A DNA stretch of 64,000 nucleotides, taken from contig NW_005434655.1 in NCBI RefSeq assembly GCF_000315625.1, positions 252,093 through 316,092 on the forward strand, written 5' to 3'. This stretch comes from Guillardia theta CCMP2712 (taxonomy: Eukaryota > Protista > Cryptophyta). Made by a program: the position numbers and the translations under genes. A model generated the notes under the pieces. That model worked only from the letters and a program-made list of their open reading frames with translations. It was not told the origin of the DNA and made no database searches. This document shows, one piece after another, positions 27,710 through 45,036 of this stretch; the first letter of the stretch is position 1, and every line of letters begins with the position of its first letter.

Positions 27710-30594
27710 CTGGTTGCAGAGGCAGAGGTCTAGGTCCTTGGGAGAGGAGGCCCAGGAGAGCGTGATGAAGACTTGCTTGGCATCCAGGTCGCTGATCGCC
27801 GCCATGCAGAAACTGGCGCTAGGCTAGAGGGAGGGAACAGGAATGAGATGAAACGAATCAGTGGAAGAGGAGGAGGAGGAGGAGGAGAGGAAGAGGAGGA
27901 AGAAAGAGGAGACGAGGAGGAAGTGACCACGACGACGACGACGAGGAGGAGGAGGAGGAGGAGGAGGAGATCTACCTGGATCTGATTAGAGACGAGGAGG
28001 TCGGAGTAGAGGGCGGGAGAGTGACATTTCTCGTCCTTGACCTCTACCTCGTACTTGCCCCACTCGCAGAAGAATCGATACTCGTTGGGCCGCGTGTACT
28101 CGGGCTGTAAGAAGATGCAGAAGAGGAAGAGAAGGAGGGATGAAGGAGGAGGAGGAGGAGGAGGAGGAGGAGGAGGAGGAGGAGGAGGAGGCAGAGAAAG
28201 AAGAGAAAAGGGAGGTCAGCAGAGCAACCATAGCTCATCTTCACTTACATGGTCAGGCGTGAGGGGGGCAGGGAAGATCCTCAGAGGCACAGTCTCGTCC
28301 ATACTCCTCACGGACACCTGCGAGGACAGCGATGAGAACAAAACCTCCTCTTGTTCCTCTCCTCTCCACTTTCCTCCCTCTCCCTCTCCCTCTCCCTCTC
28401 TCTTAACTCCGCTTGTTCCACCACCAGCACCTCCCCCTCCTCCTCCTCCTCTTGCTCGTCCTCCTCCCTCACTTGAGCCGACGGGGTCAAGTCGGAGTCG
28501 CTCCTCGCCGGGTTGATCTTGACTGTCACCAGCCTCCCTCCCGCCGGGTCCTGTCCTGCCACGTTGTTGATCGTCGACACGCTCCCCTTCCGAAGCTGCA
28601 GACGTCCCAGTAGACCGTCGGGCTCTTGATGTGCGAGCTGGACTTGGAAGGCAGGAAGGATTGTACGACTCCCTCCTTGGAGAAGAGCGTGAGTTGCATG
28701 TTCCAGTGCTCCATGCTCCCTCCCGCCGACACGATCGCCCTGTTGGTTCTCCTGCTCCCGGAATCTGACAGCCAAGGGCAGTCGTCCTCCAGCGGGGCAC
28801 GGAGGAGGCAGCTACGGGGGTTCTTGCCGATCATTCTCATGCTCTTATCCGAGCCAGGGAACGTCTCCGCCTCTTCCACCCGCACGTTCCTCCCTGGCGT
28901 CTCCATGTGCAGGTTGGCGGAGCCGGCGCCCCCCCAGGAGAGGATGAAGCAGAGGTCTGTGTCGCTGCGGAAGAAGTCTGGACGGACGAGCGGAATGGTA
29001 GCGCTGCCCTCCTGCGGGGAGGGTGAGGAGTGAGAGGGGAGGAAGGGAGGAGGAGGAGAGGGTGAAAAATAAGGGACAAGGAACAAGGACGATGATCAGA
29101 AAGAATAGGGAGGAGGGAGTATGGAGGAGGGAGGAGGGAACGAGAGAGGATGCAAGAGAGAGGATGAACGGAGGGAAGAGGGAAGGGGAAGGGGGGATGG
29201 AAAAGGGAGGAGGGAGGAGGGGAGTAGTGGAAGAGGGAGGAGGAAGGAGGGAGGAGGGGAGGTAGTGGAGGAGGGAGGAGGGAGGAGGGNNNNNNNNNNN
29301 NNNNNNNNNNNNNNNNNNNNNNNNNNNNNNNNNNNNNNNNNNNNNNNNNNNNNNNNNNNNNNNNNNNNNNNNNNNNNNNNNNNNNNNNNTGCACCTCTGA
29401 AGCAACAAGAAGCGGAGATGCAAGTGAGAAGTGCTGAGTAGGCAGAGCACAAGCCAAGGTAAAGATGATGCTTCCTTCAACCCGCTCTAGAACTCCTTCT
29501 CGTCCTCCTACTCAAACTTGACCTCGTGATCAAGAAGCTTGTTCACGTCCTCGCAAAGGATACTCTGCAGGGGTAGCAAGAGAGTGAGAGGAGCACAGCA
29601 GCAAGAAAGGAGGAGGAGGAGGAGGAGGAGGAGGAGGAGGAGGAGGAGGAGGAGGAGGAGGAGGAGTAGGAAGAGGAGTAGGAGTAGGAGGAGGAGGAGG
29701 AGGAGGAGGAGGATACCTGGTCGCTGAAGCGACTGTCGCTCTCAATACGTAGATCGCAGACGTGCCAGCAGCAGAGCTTCTCGTCCTTCTCTGCCTTGGC
29801 GACTCGATCGAGGCAGCTTTGGGCGTCAAGCTTGAAGGTTTTCCAGATGCCGTTGAACATGATGATGGTGACGAGAGGGTTGCAGGCGAAGATCTAGGAG
29901 ATAGTCAGGAGAGGAGGAGGGGGGAGGAGGAAGGAGACGGAGAAGGGAGGAGGAGGAGGGGAGGTGAGATGAGAAGGAGAAGGAGAAGATATGCAGCAGC
30001 AGAAGAGCAGGAGAGAAGCAAGAGGAGCAGGGAAGCGGCTGTGGTCGTGGTGTAGGAGGAGAGGGGGGGCAGCAAAGTTGGAGGAGGAGACCTTCTTGTC
30101 GTCTTCGCGGTTCATGACGTAAAGTTTGAACTTGCCCGACATGCTTTGTGTGAGGCTGATGACTTTTGGACCGAAACCTTCATGTACTGCCGTCTCGTAG
30201 CGAATGTTCTTCAGGGAGGGAGCCTGGAGAGAGCGTGAGGGAGAGGGGAGGGGAAGAGCGGAGAGGAAGGGAGAGAGGAGAGGAGGGAAGAAGGGAGGGC
30301 GAGAGAAGGAGGAGACAAAAGAAGTAACAATGTTGGGGTTGAGGAGGAGGCGCCGGGCAGAGTTGAAGAGAAACTCGCGGGAGAGGAAGGCGACAAAGGA
30401 GGAGGAGATAACGGAGTAGAGGAGCAGCCATGAACTAAGAGGATGGGGAGGGGCGTTACCCTGCTCTCGTTCTTGGTTGAGGAAATTATGCCGTCCTGTC
30501 TTGTTGTGAGTGAAAGAGTAGAGGCGGGAGAGGAGGAGGGAGAGGGGGAAGGGGAAGGTTGGCGGCCAGGCGACCGACACGGACGGAAAATGGC

Positions 30595-30671
<77 letters not shown>

Positions 30672-32734
30672 NNNNNNNNNNNNNNNNNNNNNNNNNNNNN
30701 NNNNNNNNNNNNNNNNNNNNNNNNNNNNNNNNNNNNNNNNNNNNNNNNNNNNNNNNNNNNNNNNNNNNNNNCCCTACCTCTCCCTGCGAGTCAGACACCC
30801 CGAAGTCCCCGACTTGCGTGCTCGACTCCGGCTGGACCTGAACCTTGGCACCCGGCACGAGCATGCCGTCAAGGTCGACCACACGGAGGAGGAAGTCGCG
30901 GTAGCCCGGCTCCTCGAGTTTGAGCTCGTTGAAGGAGCGAACGGCGATGGTTCCGCTGGCAGAGACCTCCAGGAAGCAGATATCCCACCAGCTGCCAGCC
31001 TCCTCCTGGAGGAGGGAGGTCAGAGAATGTTCGAGACAGGTAGGAGGGAGGGAGGGGGGTGAGATGAGAAGAAGAGAGAGGCATGAAAGAGCAAGAGGAG
31101 GAGAAGGTGGTGGTGGTGCTGGTGGTGGAAGAGGAGGAGGAGGAGGAGAAGGGAGGTAACGGGGGCCGCACTCGTCCGCAGCAGTTGAAGCTCCGCGCTC
31201 CCTCCCATGCCATGTCCTCTGGTGTGTAGAAGCGAAGCTCTGCGTTGGAGTTGGACCAGCCGATGTCTCTTCCTCCCACTTTGTACGCTTCGCAGTGAGC
31301 GTAGATATGATAGCGCCCGGGGATAAGGCCGGACAGGAGGACCTGATCGACTTGTTAGAGAGGGAGACGTAGAGAAGGGAAAGAGGGAGGAGCGAGAAGA
31401 TGAGGAAAGGAGAGCAGAGGAAAGGAGAGGGGAGGGGGGAGAGATGAGAAGAAAGATTAGATAAAATGAGAGGAGAGGACGAGGACGAGGACGAGGACGA
31501 GGAGAAGAGAGGAGAGGACGAGGGGGAGCGAGGAAGGGCAGCAGGATGCACAGCACATGGGAGGGGGGGGATGGAAGGGAGGAGGGAGGAGGGAGGAGGG
31601 AGGAGGGAGGAGGGAGGAGGGAGGAGGGAGGAGGGCTACCGATATCGGCCCGAATCCTCCTTCAGTCGGGGCGACCTCGAACTTTGCGTTCTCCAGCGTC
31701 TGCTGGCCCATCAGGATATCCTTGGGGATATCTAGGCCCTCCACGCCAGGGGACGGGGACTTGATGTTCCCCTCCGGCGTCTTGACCTTGAGGAATACCT
31801 CGTGCGGGTACTCGGCCCACGTCAGCACGATCCTGACCTGCCCGTCAGGAAGGGGAGGAACGAGCGGCACACAGATGCTCTTGGAAAGATCTCCATGGAC
31901 GTCGAAGGTCGCCGACCCCTGGAGGTCGCCCGAGTCCTCGGAGGAGGCGGGGAGCCTGGCGATGGCGGTGAGGCTCTTCCTGAAGGGCAAGTGCAGCATC
32001 TGCGAACCCCTCCCGTCCGTCCTCGAGTGGCTGTTGGGAGGATGGAACTCTTCCTCCGTCGATTGGTCGTGGACTTCGACCAGGGCTCCAGCACACGGGA
32101 GGCCCTCGGGGACTTTGCGAACCAGCACCTCGAACTGCGTGATCCTCGCTCCGCTCAGCACGCGCACGAGGTAGTCGACGACGTCAGGAGGGTTCGGGAA
32201 CTTGAGTGTGTTAAGCTTCGAGAACAGGACGACGGACTGCCTGCCTCCTCTACCTGACGACCAGTTGCTCGATCCCCAGGACAGTAGGATTTCGAACGAG
32301 CCCAGTCTCGGTCGGCGGAGGGAAGGGTCGAGGGACTGCGGGCCGAGGCACCTCTGGGGATCGTTCTTGCTCACCTTGACGTTCCACATCGCGTCCCCGT
32401 CCGGAGTTTCAGCCAGCTTCGACTCCACCTCCCTCACCAGCGAGTTGTAATTAGTCTCGTAGCGGTTGTACGGGGTACCCTCCTTGTAGGACTCCCTCAG
32501 CGACAGAGACTTGGTTCGATCCGCGATGCAGACCTCGACGTCTATCTCCAGGGGGGTGTCGAACCTGATGCTCCCCATCTCCACCATCTTTTTGAGCTCT
32601 TCGTGTTCTCGCTTCCAATAGTAGCAGAGCTTCCTTCCCGGATGGAGGTCCGGGTTGTCAGCGTGAGCCTTGCCGGGGGACCTCATCCCGAGAGAGTTGG
32701 CCGTGCTGGGCCTGCTCTTGAGAGATTTGTTCAT
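27710..32734 (-). CDS. Large protein: Rdx (SelT/SelW/SelH)-like domain followed by repeated beta-sandwich + YfaP/DUF2135-like modules; 3' end in the gap
   Basis: Rdx-like PRLGSFEI...LFSKLNTLKFP. Repeated modules VRIVLTWAEYP, LCFILSWGG..NLHMETP, VFITLSWASSPKDLDL, GFGP, G-x-Y/F-x-I/L-Y, W-W/Y-D-V/I-C. Carboxypeptidase-regulatory-like LRVVDLDGMLVPGAKVQV. Confidence 0.65.
30596..30671. repeat. (GAT)n microsatellite abutting gap 30672-30771
   Basis: Direct reading. Confidence 0.95.
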
Positions 32735-33409
32735 GTTCAGCTCAAGAATTCAAGATAATCGCGATAGTTCCCAACAGTCGATGGAGGGTTTGAAACCGCC
32801 GCGCACACGTCCCGCGCCGACAATCACCAGCTCCTCCACGCAGACGCCATCAACCTTAATGCAGCGATCCCGGTACCCGTCCCTAGATGCTCTGCATGCT
32901 GCTCTGCACACAATCAGGTACCCTCACTTGCAACCCCTGGATAAGCTTGAGATCCCACCTTGCAGTTCACTTTCAGTCCTCTGTGTCCTCATCCTCTCCT
33001 CGTCCTCCAGACCCTCTCCTCATCCTCATGATCGACATACTCTCATGACCGCCATGTCGCATCCTCCACCTCCTCTCGCCGTCTCCGCCATGTACTCATC
33101 GCTCCATCTCCATCAGCTTCGCCGCTTCTCCCCTACTTTCCCAAGCTGCATAATCAACCGTCGACCACCCCCCCTTCTTCACCCCACAAACTAGCCCAGT
33201 GAGTACCCCTACACAATACCCTCTGACCCACCCTTGAGTTCCTCCCGCAAGTTAATTACAAAAGTACCCCTCAGGGTCCAAAAATGAGACACCCACCCTC
33301 CCTAGACTGACACACCCCCCTTTGTACATGATGTACCCCCGAATCCTCTACCAACATTGGTACCCACCACTACCCCTACCACCCCATTCGAGTGACTAGA
33401 GGATTGTGA

Positions 33410-33800
33410 GGCTCGTTTTTTTACCGTACTGTCGGAGCCTCGATGTGCCTCCCGTCCCCAGCTGCGTGAATCGAGCCTGAGTCGGCACAGTCCAAGTCCG
33501 ATCTCAGTAGAGGGCCCGGCCCGGTGACTGTCCGGTCGCCACAACACGGTGCCTTTACTCAAAGCACCGTCAGTCGGTCTTTACTCTCATCAGTCGGTAC
33601 TACGCGCCGACAGCCCGGCCCGGGCCGCTGCGTGACTGAGTCACTGCTAGCCGCGCTGCCGAGGAGGGCTTGACACTGACCAAGTTGAGGTTGCCGGGCC
33701 CGCCCGGGCCACGTGCCCCGGGCGGTCACCGTGACGGTGCACTGCCGAGCCTGGCGGCCAGTCACTCAGCAGGCAGAATTACCCCTGGGTCTCAGTTCCC
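33410..33800. promoter_or_regulatory. Intergenic GC core between divergent genes
   Basis: GGGCCCGGCCCGG, TGACTGAGTCA, CACCGTGACGGTG palindrome, CTTTACTCAAAG at 33553-33564. Confidence 0.5.
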
Positions 33801-33830
33801 TGAGGCGGACCTGGTGACTGGACTCTAACC

Positions 33831-36541
33831 ATGTTGGGGCGTGGGGTTCGGCAAGCGATGCTGGCGGGGGGCTGGCGATGGCGGGCGATGCACTCACAGC
33901 CGGACGTGAGCGAAGTCGTTGAGCTGAGTACAGCAAGAGGAGGGGAAGTGAAGGTAGATGTGCGATGTCTGGATGATCCTTTCTCAAGTTTGCTGGCAAG
34001 CTCGGAAAGCTCAGGCAGTTGGTCAATCTCCCTCCCTTCGACGAGGTGTTCTTCGCCTCTCCGTGCCGTGGACCACTCCCAGCCCTCATGCTGGTCGCAG
34101 ATGTTTGGGATCGCTCGCAAGAAGATGCTAGCTTGCATCGACGTCGAGCTCAGGAAAGCGCACAAGAAGAAGAAGTGAGCGAGTCGGTACTCTTGAGTTG
34201 TTGAAAGCAAAGCGCAGATCGGAATTGAATGCCTTGGATTTTGCAAACGTGCATAAGCTGTCTCTCCTGGCGTTCTCCTCCTCCATTTCCATCCCGCTGG
34301 GAGAGGTCTGAAGTGGATGTCCAGCTGCTCGTTCCCTGACCCCGATCCTCTAACCAGGTGCTGAAGCAGAATGAGAATCTCCTGAAAGGGCTTCACGACT
34401 TTGAGAGGGTCTCTAGGAGCCCTCTCCTCGATGCCTGCAGTCCTGCTCACGCCTCCCTCAGGTAGCAGCCGAACTGATCTTCGAGGACTCGAGACGGAAC
34501 AACGGTCAGGAGCTGGACAATGTGGGAGGGAGAGTCCTGTTTGATGCTGGCGAGATGAGACTGCGACAATGCAGGCGACGGCAGGGATAACGGAGCTGCG
34601 GAAGCAGATTGTGAGCAGCTCGACGTGCGGCCTTGTCTGACAAGATGGCTGATGACTGGCAGGTGTTCGACCTCAAGGATGCGTCATCCAAAATATCCAA
34701 GTTGAAGAACAAGGATGAGATCATGCTTGTGCGAGTCGATGCGACGCCCGTGTGGTCTGAGCTGACCGCAATCTCCTCAAGGTGCACAACACTGCTCTGC
34801 AGAAGTCGAAGGTACTGCTGGCTCAACACAACAACGACATCAAAGTGGGGCAGATTGCTGATATACACATGTTTGCTGACTTTCCCCCCCCTTAGCTCAT
34901 AAGGAACTACGTCAAGAGGTTCCGATCTCTTCCTTTCATCGATCTGAGGTCCTCCTCTCCCATCCTCCCTCCTGTTTCCTCTTCCTTCTCCCCTGTCACT
35001 CCCTCCTCCCCCTCTCCCTCCCAGTCTCCCCCTTTCTCCGCTTCCCTTCCTCCGCCCGGTCTGCCCTACTCTCTCCTCTGCATGGACTTGGGAGACCTGC
35101 TAACTCGTGCTGCAGCGTACCTCTCTTTGTGCTCGTCGGAGCTCCAAACGTGGGAAAGAGCAGCATAGTGAAGGCGGTCTCGACTGGTGAAGGAGAGGAG
35201 GAGGAGGGGGGAAGGCGGTGAGACGAAGGAGCAGGGGAACCGGAGGTGGCGGACTACATCTTCACCACCCGCAAGATCTTGCTAGGGCACATCTATGACA
35301 CTACCTATGGAGGCTGGCAGTGTCAGGTGAGGAGAGGGAGCAGGGGCAGGAGTAGCAACAGGGAGCGGGGAGCGGGGAGCAGAAGGGATAGGAGCAGGAG
35401 TAGGAGCAGTAGCAGCAGCGGCAGCACTTTCGAGATTGTGGAGGCACAGGCAGGATGGGTGGAGAGAGGGAGTGGGAGACGCGGGCGATGCTGAGATGAA
35501 GATGGAGGTCATGGACACGCCGGGGGTCTTGAGCCGCAACGACGAAGACAGGAACGTGATGGAGAAGATGACGGTAAAAGGCGAGGTAGCCGTTTGCTGA
35601 GTTTGACAAGCCGTAAAGATTGCAGCAATGGAGAACCTCCCGTCGAACATCATCTTCGTGACAGATCTCTCAGGTTGAGTGGCGAGGGGGAGGAGGAGGA
35701 GGAAGAAGAGGAAGACGTTGGAGGAAGGAGCAGGACGAAGAGGAGGATGAAGATCGCGTTGACTTGCTTCACAGAGACGAGCGGGTCGAAATCAAAGTTG
35801 GAGCTGCAGTTGGCGCTGCGGCAGGACTTGAGGGGAAAGTTTCCGAATAGGTGAGAGAGGAGAGAAGAAGAGCTGAGTAGAGGCCAAGAGAAACGGGAAG
35901 GAAGAGGAGAAACGATTAGTAGTGGATAGATCACTTGCAGCTGCTCTTGATTTTGAAGATGATGACGTGACGACGACGAAGACAATTTTGCTGTTGTTGT
36001 TTTCGTTGGTGGTGATGATATATTTTGCTGCTGCTGCTTCTGCTGCTGGTAGTGGTGGTGAAGATGTTGTTTGCGATCATTGTATTGTTGATTGCGATCA
36101 TTGTGTTGTTGCTGTTTTCCTTCGCATCCTCCTCCTCCTCCTCCTCCTCGTTACCATTTGTGACGTTTCATGTCGCAGGAGATGGCTGGATGTTATCTCA
36201 AAGGGCGACCTCCTTGAAATTGACCCCAGCGAATTCGGGATAGAAAATGTTCAGCTCCTCCTTTCCGCCCCCTTCCTTCCCCCTTTCGCTCTTGCTCCCT
36301 CCTCTCTCCCCCTCCCCTTCTTGAATCCCTCTCCTCCTTTCTGCGCCTCCCTCATCAACCGATCCACCCACACCCTCGTCCTCCTCTTCCTCTGCTGCTC
36401 CTCCCTTACAGATTCTACTCGCAGGCAGTGGTTGTCTCCTGCATCACCGGGGATGGGCTGGAGAAGCTGAGGGTTCTGCTGAAAGAGCAATCGGGCGCGG
36501 GGGGGGGAGCGGAGGAGGAGCGAGTAAACGTCTCAGGCTGA
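33831..36541 (+). CDS. NOG1-like Obg-family GTPase, probably organellar (multi-exon)
   Basis: LVGAPNVGKSS, EVADYIFTT, VMDTPG, MEKMT|IAAMENLP..IIFVTDLS, WLDVISKGD, VSCITGDGLEKL. Arg-rich N-terminus MLGRGVRQAMLAGGWRWR lacks acidic residues. No NOG1 C-terminal domain is visible. Confidence 0.85.
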
Positions 36542-39298
36542 TTTTCCTTTCTCTGGCCAGTAGGATACGAGCATGGACATGTTGGAGTAGTCCTCGAGCA
36601 GCGGGTTGTACCCGTTCATGCACGCGGTCCTCTCGGTGTCGCCGTACCTGCTGCTAGATGAGGAGAGAAGAGAGAGGGGAGGGAGGAGTGACAGGACGAC
36701 AGGTATGGTTGAGACGGAGGAGGAGGACTGAGGAGGACGACGGTAGAGGAGGGAACGGAGAGCGAGCAGCGAGAAGATTCAGATGCTCAGCCGGTGGAGG
36801 GGAGGAAGTTCAGAGAAAGAGCGGGAGGGGAGGGGCAGGGGAAGTGGAGGAGGTGAGATGAGGTGATGGGGAAGGAAACTCACCTGGAGCAGAATTCTTT
36901 GTGTTTGAGGACAAACCCCTCCCTTCCTGTTAGTTTCTTGTACAGGCCTGCATGCTCAGTCATGAGGGTTGTAGCAACGTCAGGTCTGACGTGACAGACG
37001 GTGAAAGTCGGTAGGATGGAAAATATCGACCAAACCTGCGAGGGGATAAAGAGGGGTAAATAGAGTACCAAGAGCCATGAGATGGGAGGAGGTAGAGGAG
37101 GAGAGGAGATGATAGGAAGGAGGAGGAGAGGAGATACAGGAAGGAGGAGGAGAGGAGATGATAGGAAGAAGGAGGAGAGGAGATGATAGGAGAAGGGGGG
37201 AAGTGGAATCATACAAGGGAGGAGGGGTCACGAAGAAGCGAGGGGTCCGAGACAGCACGAGGTAGAGGAGAGGAAGAGAGAAGGAACTGAAGAGGAGGTG
37301 AAAACCCGGAGCAGGAGAGCAGAGGAAGGGAGAGCAACCTGGGCTGGTCAGGTAGGACTTGTGAAATCTGCTCCTCCCGTCCAGCTTCGACTGCACCACC
37401 TGATCCTCCGCTCAACCATAGGAACGACAAGACAAGTGGTGGGAAGGATCAGACGGAAATGGAGGGGACATGTAGTGGAGAAGATCAAGAAGAGCATGAG
37501 CAAGCCGAGCGTTCGGAAGAAGAGGAAGCAGGAAAGGGTTGATGCGGAAACGAGGAAGGCAAAAGGGATATGGAGAGAGCGGTGGCTCGCCATTACCGGA
37601 GCATTTATCCCTGGGATGGCGTCTGGCAGGAAGTCAAAATCTGCCAAGACGACGTGGACGCGAGGAAGAGAGTCAGCAATGAGCTTGATCAAACTGCCAG
37701 GAAGGAACACTCAGAAAGATCTCGCTCCTCCTCCTCCTCCTCCTCCTCCTCCTCCTGATCCTCCTGTCTCACTGCTACCCTGTTCGTTACTCTCCTCCCT
37801 CCCCCCCCCCTTCCCCGGCTCTTCCCAGTGTCCGCTCACGCTCCTCCCCATCTCCCTCCTCCCTCACCTATGAGCACTCGTGGGCAAGAAGATCTCTTGG
37901 TGGCGCGGCGTCAACTTGAGCCACGAGAGGCAGCGGGTCAGCAGCTTGCCGTCCATCACCCGCGAGGGAGTTCGACACTTGAGCCGCTTCGAGTCCGGGC
38001 AGGCAAACACGTTCAGTTCGTCCCACATGCCCGAGTCCTGCAGGTAGCTGCAGGGAAGGTAAGACCGAGAGTGAAGCAGGAGGAGGAGGAGGAGGAGGAG
38101 GAGGAGGAGGAGGAGGAGCAGAAGCAGCAGCTGCAGCAGCTGCAGGAGGAGGGAGAGACATACAATACCATCACACTTGCAGCAGGACCTCACCTGATGA
38201 TCTTGTCATCCCTCAGCGGCCTCCACTCCTCCACGAACGCTCTTTTGGCCGCCTCCTCCGCTACGAACGATCTCTTGCCCTCCTCCACCAACGCTGCCTT
38301 GGCCGCCTCCTCCTTGCTCACGACGGCGACCTCGAAGATGTCTCCAGACTCTGACACCACGATCTTGTCGTGTGCAAGGTTGTCCAGCACCTCCATGCCG
38401 ATCAGCAGCGTCTCTCGATCCTCCCCCTCGGCCAGAACTTGGACCATGTCATTCCCGCTCTTCCTCCCCGCCAGGAAGCTGGTCGCATCCGCGTGATGGA
38501 CCTCAGCACAGGGATGGGCACCGCAGACCCTCCTCTTCTGGATGAAGAAGAGCTTGTGCGAGACCTCGACCATGCTGTACCTGCCAACGGCTCGTCAGAG
38601 GTGAACGCCAGGGGCTGTCAAACTGACTTCATCCTGTCGTACACGCTGCGATCGCTGCTCTTCACGTAGTCAAGGAACCCCAACGCAAAGGTTCCGTTCC
38701 CTCCTCCTATCTCGATGACGTGGAACTTCCTCCCTGGTGCCCCGAGCGCCTCGCTTGCCCTGAGGCTGTCCACGAAGTGACGGGCGACGCTCTGAGCGTA
38801 GAAGGGATGAAACAGCTCCGACGGAGTGAGCCATGCCGATCCTCCCTGGTCATACAGTGACTGCACCTTCACTCGGTACTCCGTCTCCGACAGCATCTCA
38901 TTGAAATTCATGCCGGCCGCGCTGCCTCCTGCCACCAACATAGCGTAAGACTTGTTGGAGAAGGAGCAAGGACATGTGGCAGCACCTGGCATCGACTTGA
39001 AGTCTGTGACTGATCCCACCACGTCTTGATCTCTCTGGAAGTAACCTTTCCCTGGAGCATACAGCGAGTCGAAGACGAACTCCCGTACGAGTCTCCCTCC
39101 ACTCTGTCCTTGCGGGGGAACCACTGAGACGATTCTTCCCGTACTCACACCCCGGAACCCCTCGCTCCTCCTCTCACTCAGCCTCATCCAGCTCTCCTCT
39201 CTCATCATGATCCCTCCTCCCTTCCGCCATCTCTCCCTCATCCTCCTCACTCCCTCTCCCCGCCATGCCGGGCTCCCCGCCAAGCGTCCGATCGCCAT
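36533..39298 (-). CDS. NDUFAF7/MidA (DUF185)-family SAM-dependent methyltransferase (multi-exon)
   Basis: LVREFVFDSLYAPGKGYF, WLTPSELFHPFYA, IEIGGGNGT, MEVLDNLAHD, ADFDFLP...GINAP, DIFHPTDF, GYNPLLEDYSN. Arg-rich N-terminus. Confidence 0.88.
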
Positions 39299-39387
39299 AG
39301 CGACCAGATGCCCGGGACCCGGGGCCCGGCCCGAGGAACTGAACTTAATTAAAAAAAAGCTCACTTGTTGACGGGCAGGATTCAGAT
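39299..39387. promoter_or_regulatory. Very short bidirectional promoter region
   Basis: About 90-100 bp between divergent ATGs, containing CCCGGGACCCGGGGCCCGGCCC and GAACTTAATTAAAAAAAAG. Confidence 0.5.
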
Positions 39388-39396
39388 ATGCCAGCA

Positions 39397-44773
<5,377 letters not shown>

Positions 44774-45036
44774 GGCACAAGAAAATCTTTCCATAATCCA
44801 AACAGATCCGCTAGAGCCACATTCTCAGACACCAACAATCGATCGAATGCGATCGTATCCATCCTCCCAGCATTGTGGAAGCTGCGGATGCACGGAGGAA
44901 AGGGCAAGTTTGCAGAAAAAGACAAAATGTGTAATGAAGTGACTAGAAAACAGAACAAAAATGCTACTCAGCATACTTGTACAACATAGACAGACAGAAA
45001 CAATTTGCAAATCTCCTCCTCAACACGCCTCCATGA

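Noticed and set aside
32170-32560. Selenoprotein (UGA-Sec) in the Rdx-like domain
   Set aside because: The exon is open with no in-frame TGA at the CxxU position.
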